A stretch of DNA of 63,839 nt, filler included, from Pelomyxa schiedti (lineage: Eukaryota > Protista > Evosea): the NCBI GenBank assembly GCA_020536535.1. It is 12 parts of 12 records of this genome, joined end to end, with 100 filler letters (N's around TTAATTAATTAA, not from the genome) between each part and the next. Parts side by side here need not be neighbours in the genome. Positions count along the whole stretch, not along the records: positions 25,282 to 43,207 come from JAHLWZ010000713.1; positions 43,308 to 48,190 come from JAHLWZ010001549.1; positions 48,291 to 54,458 come from JAHLWZ010001446.1; 9 more parts are not named here. One strand, given 5' to 3'. Both the position numbers and the translations under genes were made by a program. The notes under the pieces were generated by a model. The model ran no database searches and was not told the origin of the DNA. It saw only the letters and a list, made by a program, of their open reading frames with translations. How positions within the stretch are numbered: the stretch's first letter is position 1; each line of letters begins with the position of its first letter. Shown piece after piece: positions 40,001-52,771 of the stretch.

Positions 40001-41019
40001 GAAAGTGAACTTGGTACTCAGTTATGTTTCTTTTTTAAACATTGATGTTTCAACCTTTGCGTCAGGGTCGTGGTTCATCATCCCTGCTAAAGGAACAAGA
40101 GAGGCAATGTCTTCTCCTTCCTTGCTTGATGACTCCAGAACAACTGCGAAGGCTCGAGACCAAAACACTTCGTAGGCCCATAACAAATCTTCATAGCTGT
40201 TTGGAGGTTCGTGAGTAAACGCATAACCAGCTGCGAGGAGCAACCTGAAGTGATCACATTGCGTAAAGTATGAAGGATATATTCCGGGAAGGTGGGGGAG
40301 TGCTTCCACCAAACGATGTAATTTATGCCGCGTTGTCATCACGGCGTCATGCAAATTAGTTCCACGCAGTTCACTCAATTCAGCTTCAGTGTAAGACATG
40401 GGAGTGTGAACGACCTGAGGCAGAGAATCTGCAGTCACCCATCACAAACGTAAATCTCGTGAAAATCTCGCGGCCAAAGGGAGGAAGTTTTTATTGCCAA
40501 AAGAGCAAGGTGGATACTGATATAAGGAGCCCAGAAAGACCTCTCGCCCCTGTTCTTCTCCACCCCCAGGAACACGTACACCCCGGACCACCGGTCAATG
40601 CACTCCAAGCCATCCGGGCCCTCCTCGCTCCACCCCAGCCTCCCCAGCTCCCCCCGCAGCTCCTCGTGCAGCCTCACGGCGGGCAGCGTGGCCCCCGCGG
40701 GCCGGGGCGGCGGAGACGGAGGCGGCTCCGCGCCCCCCACCGCGGGGCTGGCTGGGGTGTGCCAGGCGAGGTGCACGGTGGCCTCGTTCACCAGGAGCCT
40801 CATGGGCACCGAGAAGGCCGGCACGTCCGGGGCCAGCCCGCCGGCGCCCGCGGCCAGCCCGCGGCCCCGCTCGCCGAACACACCCACGCGCACGGCGGAG
40901 CACGAGGCGCCGTTGCGCTGCAGCCACTGCATGAGCCCGGCCTCGCGCTCCCCTACGTCCGCGCCCCCGCTTGTCGCTTCTGCTGTTGCTGAGACGGCAT
41001 CGCTGCGGCACGACGACAT
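37047..41019 (-). CDS. Protein-lysine methyltransferase-like protein with two tandem SET + Rubisco-LSMT substrate-binding modules
   Basis: Module 1: WLQRNGA, GRGL, SFWAPYI, WSRAF, LVPLAGMMNH, LLLNYGF. Module 2: FNKWAKLNN, ATENIQPGEVVAFIP, DSKWRPFF, VVPFPMMPRHH, GDEIFDNCG..LLHFGF, LLGALRLL. Confidence 0.8.
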
Positions 41020-41450
41020 TTCGTAGGAACGAAAACTTTATTTTTTTTTCCTTGGGTATAAAAAAATGTGTTTACGCAGGCAGACTGAAGCCCTCATTAT
41101 GTACAACAGAACAGAGGCGAAGGTCGCAGTTGTATTCAAGGCACCACCCATTGCCTCATAACGTATCAATGTACAGGCACACTTGAATAACCCCTGGACA
41201 AATTCGAAAAAGTAGAAGTGTCAGTACCTAATGTTCTGTTCTGTTCTTCCGTAACTGGTCCGTTTCTGTGTTTTACTTTAATTGATGCCGATACCAAGTT
41301 AGTGTTGGGTGTGCCGCAGTAGGTGTCACTTACCAGTACCAGGACCCAGCCCTAGCCTGTGATAAAAAGGAAAGATGTGGAATCATTTAATTATGTATGG
41401 GTGAACTTTATGAACAAGCTGTTTTATGAAGTACAAAAGTACAACAATCT

Positions 41451-42816
41451 TCAAGTACCATCAGTAGGCCACAATTCAACTGTGATTCCAAAAATGACAC
41501 ACAGCACTGCCCCCAGCCCAAACTCAATATAGGCTACCACAATGCCAGAGACAACAAACCTCTTTGGGTATCCCTTGACTATCATCCCAATGAAAAAGCC
41601 TCCAGCAGGCATCAGCAGTAAAATGCACACAAATCCAATACAAAAAATGGGAACCAGGCCATGGTCTGGCAGTGCAAACCCAACAACAGTTCCAGTAATA
41701 CCACCAATAGTTGCTACCACAATCAATCCCCAGCACATCCACATCTCAAATGTGAGAATTGTGACCTGTTTTAGTTGTGAGGAAGTGAAGGAAGAAAAGG
41801 AAATAGACCTGAGGAACAGGCACACTAGTGGAATCTGACATACTCTTGAATAGCAGGTACATGTGAAGGAGGTACCATGTGCTGAGACACAGGTACACAA
41901 ACTGAAACCCGCATATGGCTGGCCAGAGCATGTACCAGAATGCAAAGTCATACACAGATACTGGTTCATCTATCATTTTAAAGATGAACCCACTAACTGT
42001 GCAAAGACACCCCAGGATGGAAAAGACCAGCACTGCACCTGGTTTTGTGGTTGTTTCATTATTGGTATGATGGAAACGGGAAGGGGGGACACACCAGGCA
42101 AGAAGTCATTTTTCCATGAAAAGGGAACGATGTAAAAGGTAACAAATAAGTAAATTCCAATTGCAAGGGTGCCAGTTGACAAAATTGAAGGAAACCAATT
42201 GACAACTGAGAGGACCTTCGTAGATAGTCAGAGTATTGAGATATGAAGGAGATACATACTGAAAGAACCAAATTGATAATAAGCAGAGGAAGAAAGCGGT
42301 ACCCATTTCTAAAAGAGTCCAATCTGGCATGCCCAGGGAATCCACTGGGACATTCGTTAATTCTTAATATTTCAAGGATAGCTGGGATACACTCACCTGT
42401 CAATATATTCCCTCACAGAACAAGACCTGGGGCACTGATTTGAAAGCAGCAATGATCCAAGAGCGTACTGTGACAGAGTCACTTTCGAGCCCACAATCCC
42501 AACCATGCTCTGCACCGATTTAACCTCGAACACCGACCGGCTGGGGTTCTCATTTTGCCATTGCTTCATTGCTTCAGTGACTTTCACAGTCTTTGTATCT
42601 GGTGGCGGGTCTATAATTTCAGTTGGATAATTGGCAAAGAAGCAAAGACCAACCGGGTGGAGGGGATTTTGAGAGCATCAATTCGAAACTGGCTACACAT
42701 TTATCCCACAATTCTCGTGGCACCAACGAAGCCCAAGGAGCTTCCTCCTTGGCGGACAAGTCCACCATCACCACAATTTTGTCATCCCCCCCACACTCTT
42801 CGTACTTTGTTCCCAT
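41451..42816 (-). CDS. Hypothetical multi-pass membrane protein
   Basis: Several long hydrophobic segments in joined ORFs (e.g. GLIVVATIGGITGTVVGFAL, IFCIGFVCILLLMPAGGFFIG). The 5' exon structure is uncertain. Confidence 0.55.
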
Positions 42817-43307
42817 TTCTCCTTCCCGAAACTTTTTGTTTGCTTAATGTCTGGAGGAAGCAAAACGGTCGGGAGCATGTTGCATCCATGTACTTGATTT
42901 TGGGGGTTGGATATTTTCCAAATTAGCAGGTCAGGGAGTACTCGGGGCGTGGCTTACATCCAGCATGGAACTCGGTGCACGAGCAGCGTTCTCATGTGGG
43001 CCCAAGCCAAGTCTGACCAGTTGACTAAAAGCAATTGTCTTTTTGATCCGCATGTTGGTTTTCGAGATCCACCCGAAAAAAAACACTTGGGTAAATAAAA
43101 AAAACACCAGACCATCGGGTTTCTAAAGTTTAGGTTTTGTTGCTAATCACAACAGATTCGATTAGATCGGTGCACATCAAATTCAAAGAATAAGAGGTGA
43201 TCGAATCNNNNNNNNNNNNNNNNNNNNNNNNNNNNNNNNNNNNNNNNNNNNTTAATTAATTAANNNNNNNNNNNNNNNNNNNNNNNNNNNNNNNNNNNNN
43301 NNNNNNN

Positions 43308-44734
43308 GAAACAAAACAAGAAGAGCTCAACCAACAGATTACAGAGATGACAGTCAATTTTGATGTCCAAAGCAAGGGCGAAAAGCAAGCAGTAAGTTAC
43401 TGGATATTGCTTTTCAAGTATTTACATTGTCACAGATTCGGGAGTTAAAAGCAGAGTGTGCCAAGTTGAGAAGCCAAGCGTCACCGCCTGTTAAGCCAGG
43501 TATGATGTAATGTTAATGGATCTTCTAAAACTCTGTAGGTACAAGCCCAAGTCTTCGTCAATCTGGTCCACCTCTTACATCCTCTGCCCCCGTAAATACA
43601 CCCCCATTACCTCCGTCCATGCTATACTCTGAAAAGGTATGATTGAAAATGCAAATTCCGCGAACCAACACTTGCGAAGACAGAAAATGTTGCCCTGCAG
43701 TCTGATATTGACATCATGGGAATGCAAATTGGGCAGTTGCAGGAGGAAAGGACGATGCTCGAAGTCAAGGTTCGTGAAGACTTTATTATGTTATTTCTGA
43801 GTTATCACTAGTGTAAAAAATTGGACCTTGAGTTAGTAAGCCTCCGAAAAGAACTAAAAGACTGGAAGACAGATGCTGTACGTTTATGTCTCCACAATAC
43901 TCAGTGCACTCATTAACAAACAAGGTTCATAAATATGTTACCTCACACAGACCAAGTGAGTGCAGTTCTGCTACAATGGAAGCCGAGCGGATTGCCCGAG
44001 CAAAGAAGGTACATTCCAGTACCTGCCAACCTACCCTCAATACAAATATATAGAGCGGCCTAATGGGAATGCTTTTCCGCGGTGGCGTTGCGGCCACTGG
44101 TGCGGCAGCTCCTCCCAACACAAGCAGTGTTCCCGAGGACCTCATGCCGAAGATGCAGGCCTGTCTTGAGGATACCCTACTCAAGAACTTCCAATTGCGT
44201 GTGTAGAAAAAAAAAAAAACCTCTCCCAAATACGGAAACAAAGAAGGAACTTACTTCACCCAAGATACGAACATTGAGACCCTCGGCCAAGAAGTAACCA
44301 ACCTCATGGACCAAATCAAGGTTCTTGAAACAACACTCAAGCGACACGCAATACCCCTCCCACAATTACCCGAAGTGGCACTCCCTCCCCCCTCAAGCGG
44401 CGTTGTTGCCGCTTCGCCAATAGAAAGGCATCACATCACCCCCACAACGGCAGCAACAACCGCGCCATCGATAACAACAGCAAACGCACTAGTTGCACAC
44501 AAACCAACACAACAACCCGGCTCACCAGCCAAAGCCCCCACAGTTCCCATCCCAATACGCCCCTCTCCTCATTCGGGTTCTGCAGTAATACACCCACAAC
44601 AACAGTCACATTCACCGCACTCCACCACACCCACGACACTGTCAACCACCCCAACACTCTCCGTGTCACCATCACCACCACCCCAACCAAAAACACCCAC
44701 CTTCTCCTTCAGCTCATCCCCGAAGAAATCTTAA
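43308..44734 (+). CDS. Coiled-coil protein with a Pro/Ser/Thr-rich tail, 5'-truncated
   Basis: Heptad-like exons (KELNQQITEM, RELKAECAKLR, ETLGQEVTNLMDQIKVLE) joined by short introns. Stop at 44734. Confidence 0.5.
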
Positions 44735-44811
44735 TTCAAAACTTTGGTGGCTGGGGCCAACTTGGTTGTGAACCGGTGCGGCGTTTGGTTGTGGGAGGCA
44801 TTAACTGCGTC

Positions 44812-46376
44812 ATGTCGACGGAAAATAGTGCTAGCCTTGTGTCTCGACGAAACGATGAACACACCAGCGGCACCCAAAATGAGACAGCCTTGTTGACATC
44901 CTTTGAAGACTTGCGCAGTACTCTTAAGAGTGTGGAAAACTTACCTACATCTCACTCCTTCTCATCCGAACCCAGGGCAATTGCAAGAAATGGGACAGAT
45001 GCTGGATTACACAAAACTGCTGCTAGAAAATAAAGCACTTCGAACAGCTCTTGAAACTTCAGTCTCTGTCAACATTAAGTGTGCTGGAATTTTGAAGGAT
45101 ATCAGTGCCAGTGCAACGCAAACAGGTCACAAAACCTCGACTTTCCCAGAGTCTTGGACTCAAATCACAAACAGGAATCTTCATTTCTAAACCTGAGCCT
45201 GCACCCAAAAGTTTACTGAGTTATGTGTGGCAAGGCAAGCATGGGTCCCCAGAGTACCACCCTGTTGGTCCAAAACCAGGGGGAACCTCTGCAGGGGCAA
45301 TGTTTAAGAAGACCCCAACCTGTTCGAAGATGCACCAAGGTATTACAGATCTTTAATACTGGTACCATCACCAAATTAACCGGAAACCAGGGAAACTTTG
45401 GCTTGGGAAAGTATCCAATAAGCATCAGTATGCAGTATATGAGAAAATATCGTCTGACATGCTCCAATTCTTTGGTGTATGTGGCCCCAAGACACGACTT
45501 GCCTCTCTTCCAGTGCTGAATCCTTTTACCAAAGATGACGAATGGGCAAAAGGTATCGCCGATGGTGATCCCAACTTCAAGTCCACATTCCTTATGTCCA
45601 AGTGGATGAATGGTTATGGTGACATTGGACAACAGTTTGTTGATGTCATCATAACATCCGGCTCTGTTTCAAATCCCACAACCGTCTCTTCAGGTTCCAA
45701 ACAAGTCCCATTGCTTGGTTTAATGAGAGCCGCGGCTATTACAAAATTTGTTGCTGACACTGACTTTCTTGGAGGAACAGGCAAAAATGCAGGCTATGTT
45801 ATTCGCAATGAAAACGGCTCTGAGTACGCCGAATTCGTGAAAATAGACACTGGTGAAGCATTCTCTTTCAGAGACACCACAAATATCGAGCGCGACAAGA
45901 ACCTCAGGAACTCCCAAGATATATGCATTGCTAACGGGGCAACAAGGAACATAATATTTTCACAACTTACTGCAGACCAGAAAAAGGAGTTCCTTCAGAC
46001 CATGTCCCGAATCATAACAACACCAGCCTCTGATTTCGACCTTATCGTACGTCGGAATGGATTATTTGGTGCCAGCATCAGTGAGCCGGACATTATTACC
46101 CTGACGGACACACTGAAAGCAAGGCAATATCTTATGATAACCCTCTATGGACAGGACATAGCAATGTACCTACAAGACCTACAGGCAACAGCTACACTTC
46201 ACATTCAAGATACAATTCAAAAGGCTTCTGCAAGTCAAGGTATCCAGGAGCTCATTGACAAGGTCAGGTCTGCACTTGACCTTGCCAATACTCCTCCTGC
46301 CCCGGAAACTACATTACCACCACCTAATGTTCGCAGAACAACCACCAAGACAGAACAGCCCCTCCACCCACCATAG
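44812..46376 (+). CDS. Atypical PI3/PI4-kinase-like fold protein
   Basis: The long exon carries a catalytic-loop-like DTDFLGGTGKNAG and a DFG-equivalent VKIDTGEAF. N-terminal coiled-coil exons precede it. It may extend to 46740. Confidence 0.6.
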
Positions 46377-46799
46377 CCCCCTCCTACCGGCCATTCCTGT
46401 GCCAAGTGCCACTACAGCTGCACTGTACGGTGATTACACTACTGTGAAAGAAAACCAAGCCACCCCACCTCAAATGCTCCCTGACACGCCAGGCAAGAAA
46501 GAATCCAAATCCAGCTCGGACTCTACCAATCCATGTCAGACTGTGGTCGTAGCGAGGGGTGTCAAAGTATCTGATGGCACCCAAGCCACCAGTTACAACA
46601 CCTCATCGGCTGTTGGTAATGACCTCTTCCTGGAAGAAGAGAGACGCCTCCTCCGTCTACGACCAAAACCACCCCCACGCCAGGGCTTCTTTGACAACTT
46701 ATTTCGGACCAAGGAAAAGATCCCTCCCGGGTTCTGGTGACGGTGTAGAGCTGGGCAAGGCAAGGAGTAAAACTACTCTAATTTTATAACACAGACAGT

Positions 46800-47861
46800 T
46801 TACTCGTCGTCTCCTCCTTCTTCACCATCAAAGTCGTAGATGTCATCCTCTGAGTCGTCTTCATCAGGGTCACTGTACACGAGCTATTCGTGATTGTGAG
46901 TTGAAGATAGGGTAAGATTGTGCGTGCACATACAAAGTCTTCATCACCACCTCGGGATGCGGACTTTATCTTCTCTACTTGAGCTGCGTGCTCGCGGGGG
47001 TTGGAATCGGGGTGTGGTATGACCACATTGGGTGGGACGCGTGATCTTGATTTCGCTGCGAGAGCCTTTACTCTAGCATCAAACGAATCCCGCTTCCGCA
47101 TCCACTCAACCTAGTGGCCTTGAATTAGTTTTGTTTGGGAGTGTTGCTAAAAAGTTTAATAATCGTGTAACATACACTAGCATCAACATTAGCGGGAGAG
47201 GAGGTGTTGGGATCCGCCAGGAGTGACAGTACACTTAACATGACACTTGTTACAGTTTGCGTAGGAAGCCACCTCTCAGACGCTCGCTCTCCACTCATTT
47301 CGTCTTCACCTGGAGGATGAAGGATCGAGATACATACTTTGCCATCAGCATACACTGCGTGCAGATTAATTGGGTGTAAATAATACATACATTTGAAGAA
47401 AAGTATAACAAACCGTTAGGATGCCAAAAGTTGTCAATGAAGCGAAGTGAAGGTGGTCTCATAGGAAAATCGGGCGGAAATACCATTGAAAGCTTGAAAA
47501 TTCCACCCGCACTACAGTTTCGTTTCGTCAAAAACCAGAAGTACAAAGAAAAACCGTACTAAGGGGTTCCAGCCGAGCCTTCAATCCAAATATTCCATTC
47601 GTAAAGATTATCACCATTGGTTTCTACATACACACCCTCAACAGGGTCGGTTTGAAGTGCTTTATTGAGGAGAAAAAACAGAAGAGTTAGTGTACATGTT
47701 GCGTGCTCTATGCAAAAGCAAAAAAACAAGGAAAACCCAAAGAACGAGAACACCCCGCTCGATAATTAAGTACCTTTTAGTTGGTTTGTAATGGCTCTCG
47801 TTGTTGCTGCCGCGATAGCCGGAGACACCGCAGCCGACGACGGACTTGCATGCGCCGCCAT
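46800..47861 (-). CDS. CDC34: Ubiquitin-conjugating enzyme E2, Cdc34/UBE2R class
   Basis: [34 protein letters not shown] (catalytic Cys plus acidic-loop insertion) and an acidic tail [23 protein letters not shown]. Confidence 0.9.
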
Positions 47862-48290
47862 CAACTCGAAACAAAATAAAAGTGTTGTGTCTTTGTAACT
47901 GCCTTGTGGATCTCAAGTCTTCGACAATGTCGTACACTCAGCGGCACCTCCGGACGCACGTCTTGTTGTTGTAGTTTCGGTTTCCTGGATCTCTGAATTG
48001 CCCTTTGTGTGAATTGGTGTCAAATACAGGCAAGTTGTGAATTGACAGGCTCTAAAAATAAACAAATTCTTCTTCGTTCCTCACTCCGAAGCGGGTGTTC
48101 GATTCCCGCCACGAGCGTAAATTATGGTTGAGGGTGTACATCGGTGCACCTTCCCTGGTTCTAGGTGTGTAACATGTTAGTTTGTGATGGNNNNNNNNNN
48201 NNNNNNNNNNNNNNNNNNNNNNNNNNNNNNNNNNTTAATTAATTAANNNNNNNNNNNNNNNNNNNNNNNNNNNNNNNNNNNNNNNNNNNN

Positions 48291-48924
48291 GTCGGTGCAA
48301 AGGAAACTCTTCTTCACCAACTTCAATCCAAAGATTGCCCCTGGAGACGAAATCTCGCTGGCGTTCTCTGAATACAAGTCACACCGTTTGCACTGGCAAT
48401 TCTGCGCAGTCAATGTGGCAAGGTCATTTGCTTCAAGGTCTCTGGTGTGCACCACAATGCCGCAACACAGTGAACCAGTGACTCACGAGCCTGAATGTGT
48501 ATTTTTCCCTCCTGGAGTGGCGCTGTGCCTTTGGGATGGCACTGTCAAAGTGTGCACAGTGCCTCATGGCGGTGATGCCAGCAACCACCTTGTGCGCATG
48601 TTGAATGGAAGAGTACTGGCAGTGAGTCAGAGGTTGTTGTGCACTGAACTCAAGCTGTCAACAACCATAAGCTCTGATGTGTATTCCCTTTGTGGTGAAA
48701 ACGAAAGTCCAACCGAGCTGATTCAGCACTGTTCTGGGTACTTTGCTGTTTCCAGCTGTTCTGGTTTCCTTCTGCTATGCAAGAGAGATACATGTGCGCA
48801 TGGGAAATACACAGTCCATGTTATGCATGCCCAAACAGGGACTACAGTAGCCACGGTAACCACAGATTCAGAGGTTATTGCCTCTGTACCTTCAATCCTC
48901 GGCAACAACACTTCTCTGGAATGA
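48291..48924 (+). CDS. 3' part of a probable expanded-family member, truncated by the contig start
   Basis: Intronless ORF with the family-like C-terminus GFLLLC...VHVMHAQTGTTVATV. Confidence 0.5.
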
Positions 48925-48975
48925 CCAAGATTCTTTCCTGTGATGTGGGCCGTTGATTATTTTTCAAAATTCCAA

Positions 48976-49796
48976 ATGATAGCTGACGAAGCAAGCGAGC
49001 CGACAACCACCATGAGTAAATGGTTCTAAGATGTAACCACTCTGTGTCTGCGGAATCGCAGTCGCGCAGCAGCCAGTGTGGTTTCAGTGCGCACGCGGGG
49101 GTGTTTGGTACAGCTCTTGTGAGGCGCTTGTGGGACACTTGGGTCATCAGCACCGAGAGGAGAGTGGTAGCCGTAATGCGGCTCAGCAAACAGCTGGAAG
49201 TTGGCCCCAAAATCACAATCCAGTTCGGGGTGTCACTCACCCTGCACAGCATCACCTACTTGTGCGTCACAGTGTACAAGGAGGGGTACTGTATAACTGG
49301 AAACCTGTGTGTGTCCCAAGAGACACTTTGGTTGCCTTGGGTGCTGGTGCTCAGTGATACAATAACAAGTGGTGGTGGTGTGGGGCTGAATTTGGGGCCA
49401 CACCACAGGTATTTCTTCCTCAACTTGTGTGCAAATGCGAAGTGGTGGCTGCAGAGCATACAAGAGGGAAACATGCTTGCTGTTACTAACTTTTTCCCCA
49501 CATGTGCTCTGACACCTGGCGGCATAAATGCACAGTCCGTGGCATCTACTGGCATTGGCAGTAACCAACAAAGCTGTGGCGACATGGTTTTTGATAGGGC
49601 AGAAAGGGCTTGGTCTCTAGGGCCATGGGTGGAACGCTGTGAGCACTTAGTTGTTGTTAATTGCCTCTTTTTGTTGTGGCTTGTTGTTCCCACCCAAAAA
49701 TGTGCGAACAAAGTGAGCCATTTTTGGGTGGTTACCCTTGTATGTACAACTTCATTTTTTGTGCACTACATTGCTGGAATTACCAGCTGGAACTAA
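48976..49796 (+). pseudogene. Pseudogene paralog of the 51342-52634 gene
   Basis: Nucleotide similarity to 51342-51930 up to about 49492. Early stop (MIADEASEPTTTMSKWF*), deletion of the RARDQFAALLLAT motif, and unrelated sequence after MLAVTN. Confidence 0.75.
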
Positions 49797-49989
49797 TATT
49801 GGGTTGTATGTGTTGTGTTTGATTATTAGTTGATTGATTCAGCAGGAAAGGAAAGTTCTATGGGAAGTAACTCTCTGGATTATGTAATGCTGATGAACCC
49901 ACCTTAGTGATCTTGCAGCACACATCCCCAGAAAGTTGGAGGCAGACCACTGGCAGCTGCTGGAACAATCATAAAGTGAGAATAAGCCG

Positions 49990-51253
49990 ATGGCATCGTC
50001 GTCGACCACTGTAGCGGCCCACGAGGGGGTACAACCGTTGTCGTCCGCGGTGGTGGGGGGAAATGGTGGCAGTGGCAGCGTGGAGGTTGTGGTGCGGGTG
50101 AATTATGGGACGAGGTGGGGCCAGCACGTGCACTGCTTTGGGCAGCCAAATTGGTTGGGGTCGTGGGACCCAAAGAGGGCCCCGTATGCAACCCAACGCC
50201 CTTATTCTGCCACCAGTCGTAGTATAAAATGTATTTTAATAGTACTATCACGGCGCTATTTATTTTTGAATTACAAATATTTTAAAAGGAAAGAAATATT
50301 TTTCTTTATTAAGAAGATACATAAAATACGGCCAATTTCTTTGACTTCGACAATAGCTCAATGGTGTGGAACAAAGGGAATATGTGGGAAATAACTTTGA
50401 AGGTGGAACTGGCTTCAATTGGACTCAATGGATTGCTCTACAAGTACAATCATCGTTTTTGGTTTATATTTTGGTGGTCTCCCCAAGATAGACCTCTAAA
50501 TTTAGCACACACTCTCTCAGATACGCCATTCTTGAGCACGATAAGCCAGACTGGGGGCTGCCACATATTGAACCCGGATTGGACAGAGTGATTCCTTACC
50601 ATGTTCTCGTTTCTGCTACATCGCCAGTTGTTCAAGAGGACACGTGGGGTGTATGTTCCCCGTTTTATCCCCTTTAACCATTAATCGCTGGTTATTAGGA
50701 ACAGCCCAAACTGCACGAAATGATGTGGCCGGGTTGGCCATGGAATGGTGCTCTGTTCACAAGTCCCATGCCGTTCAGTTCCATGTTTGACCCTCGCGGG
50801 AAAGTATTTGATGAATGGGCCGCTGCAAAAATCGATGTTGCCCTGACTTTCTGTGACCAACCCGAACTGAATCTCAGAACAAAGTAGTAATCTCCAACTT
50901 CCAACACCGCACTCCGCACTTCTTATCAATCTCACTCTGCAAGGCGGGACCTTCTTCCGGAATACTGGAGCCGCGGGATTGCTGTGATCACCTTCCCAAT
51001 CGAAGACCTCCACACGCCAACCAACCCGGCGGCACTCCGCGAGCTGCTTGTGAACCACATCGTGCCGCTGCTGGAGAGAGGCTGCCACGTTGTGATGCAC
51101 TGCCATGCCGGAATCGGCCGCACGGGTCTCACCGTTGCGTGCTTGTCAAAGCTATCTGGGACAAATGCCGGCGATGCAGTTTTGTGGGTGAGGAGCAAAA
51201 TCAGGGGCGCAATACAAACACCAGAACAGGAACGTTTTGTGCACTCTTTCTGA
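49990..51253 (+). CDS. CBM20 starch/glycogen-binding domain + CX5R dual-specificity phosphatase (laforin-like architecture), 5 exons
   Basis: CBM20: TRWGQHVHCFG..LGSWDPKRAPSMVWNKGNMW..YKY..DWG..EPGLDR..VQEDTWG. DSP: DLLPEYWSRGIAVITFPIEDLHTP, VVMHCHAGIGRTG, GAIQTPEQERFV. Confidence 0.88.
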
Positions 51254-51341
51254 ATAACGGCCATAAAAGATATAAAAACCTGATAGCTGAAACAGTTCCT
51301 TGGAGGACAATCAATCTGTTAAATGTTCATTCAATTTTGAA

Positions 51342-52634
51342 ATGATCACTGACGAAGCAACAGCACCTGCGTCGATGTCGACAACAACCAGCACCGGCCA
51401 CGAGAGTAAATGGAGCACAGAGACTATCACTCTGAGGCAGGGGAATCGAGCGAGAGACCAATTCGCTGCGTTGCTTTTGGCGACGGCGCAGTCGCGCAGC
51501 AGCCGCCGGCGCGGGTTCAGCTCGCACGCGGGGGTGCTGGGGCCAGCTCTCGCGCGGCACTTGTGGGACACCTGGGTCATCGGCACCGAGAGGAGAGTGG
51601 TCGTCGTGGCACGGCTGGGCAAACGAGCGGAAACCGGACCCAAGATGGAGGTCAAGTTCGGGGTGTCACTCGCCCTGCTTGGCCTCACAACCGACGTGCA
51701 CATCGGAAAATGCAGAGAGGATGAGCGCTGGATAACCGGAAACCTGTGCGTGACCGAAGGGGAGACACTTTGGTCGCCTTGGGTTCTCAGGGACACAACA
51801 AAAAGTGGCCGTGGCGTGGGGAGGAATTTGGGGCCACACCACAGGGATTTCTTCCTCGACTTGTGCGTGAATGCCAAGTGGTGGGTGCAGAGCATAAAGG
51901 AGAGAAAGATGCTTGCTGTGACCAACTTGCAGACACCCGAAGAGGAGTACAACCCGGTTCTTGTTCCAATTCCTGAGAACTACAATGTCGTTCAGTCAAT
52001 GAGCTTCAACAAATTGAGTTCATCGCAAGCACTGATTCTGATGACCACGGGGAGTGGACGTCAACCAAACACGATGTTGGTTGTGGTTGATGTCCAAGGC
52101 ACCTACACAACGAAAAGTCTGCAGATTGTGAGCTCAACGCAGTGCCCATTTCCACAGCACTACTTCAGGGATAGTTCTGTGAAGTCTCTTCTTCTTTTGA
52201 AGAACAAATCAGGCCAAAATGTGTTCATTGTTGAGACCATCCCTTATGACAGTTACCACCCACGATCTGCTGTGTTTATGATTCAGGAAAATGGAGCGAT
52301 GAACATGCTCTTTGTTGAATCTGACTGGTTTTTTGATGGAATGTTTCATCAACTTAGTGGCTCCCTTTTCTCATTTCACCACCAACGCCAGAAGAGGCTG
52401 GATATCTGGGACTGCAATGACACTGATGATTTCAAGCATGAGACATCACCACTGAGAACATTCAGAGTTCCAAAGGGTGTGCTTTCTGGAGGTGGTTTGG
52501 TGATCCTTGTTGAAGCCAGAACGAGACTGCAAATTGTTGAAGCAACGTCAGGCTTGGTCGTTGCCTCCATTGACTTCCTTCAACCTGGATGCAATATGTA
52601 TGGTCTGGATGTCAAACACTCTTTTGTGTGGTGA
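51342..52634 (+). CDS. Intronless expanded-family member
   Basis: RARDQFAALLL..RHLWDTWV..FGVSLALLG, VNAKWWV, VVDVQGTYTTKSLQIVSST and C-terminal GGLV..LQIVEATSG. Confidence 0.82.
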   Translation: MITDEATAPASMSTTTSTGHESKWSTETITLRQGNRARDQFAALLLATAQSRSSRRRGFSSHAGVLGPALARHLWDTWVIGTERRVVVVARLGKRAETGPKMEVKFGVSLALLGLTTDVHIGKCREDERWITGNLCVTEGETLWSPWVLRDTTKSGRGVGRNLGPHHRDFFLDLCVNAKWWVQSIKERKMLAVTNLQTPEEEYNPVLVPIPENYNVVQSMSFNKLSSSQALILMTTGSGRQPNTMLVVVDVQGTYTTKSLQIVSSTQCPFPQHYFRDSSVKSLLLLKNKSGQNVFIVETIPYDSYHPRSAVFMIQENGAMNMLFVESDWFFDGMFHQLSGSLFSFHHQRQKRLDIWDCNDTDDFKHETSPLRTFRVPKGVLSGGGLVILVEARTRLQIVEATSGLVVASIDFLQPGCNMYGLDVKHSFVW

Positions 52635-52771
52635 TTGTGGTGAAAACGAACAAAAGCCAATCGCCCGCGAATTTTAATTTTTACCGTGGTGGCCTGGGCT
52701 CCAAACAATACAACGACTAAGTTGGTGTCGGCCGATCAGCAAAAACTTTTCGAAAGTGAAAGGTACAGAGA

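Noticed and set aside
48088-48112. GCGGGTGTTCGATTCCCGC, a tRNA T-arm / B-box-like hairpin
   Set aside because: The loop is 2 nt too long, and no anticodon arm, D arm or acceptor stem could be built around it.
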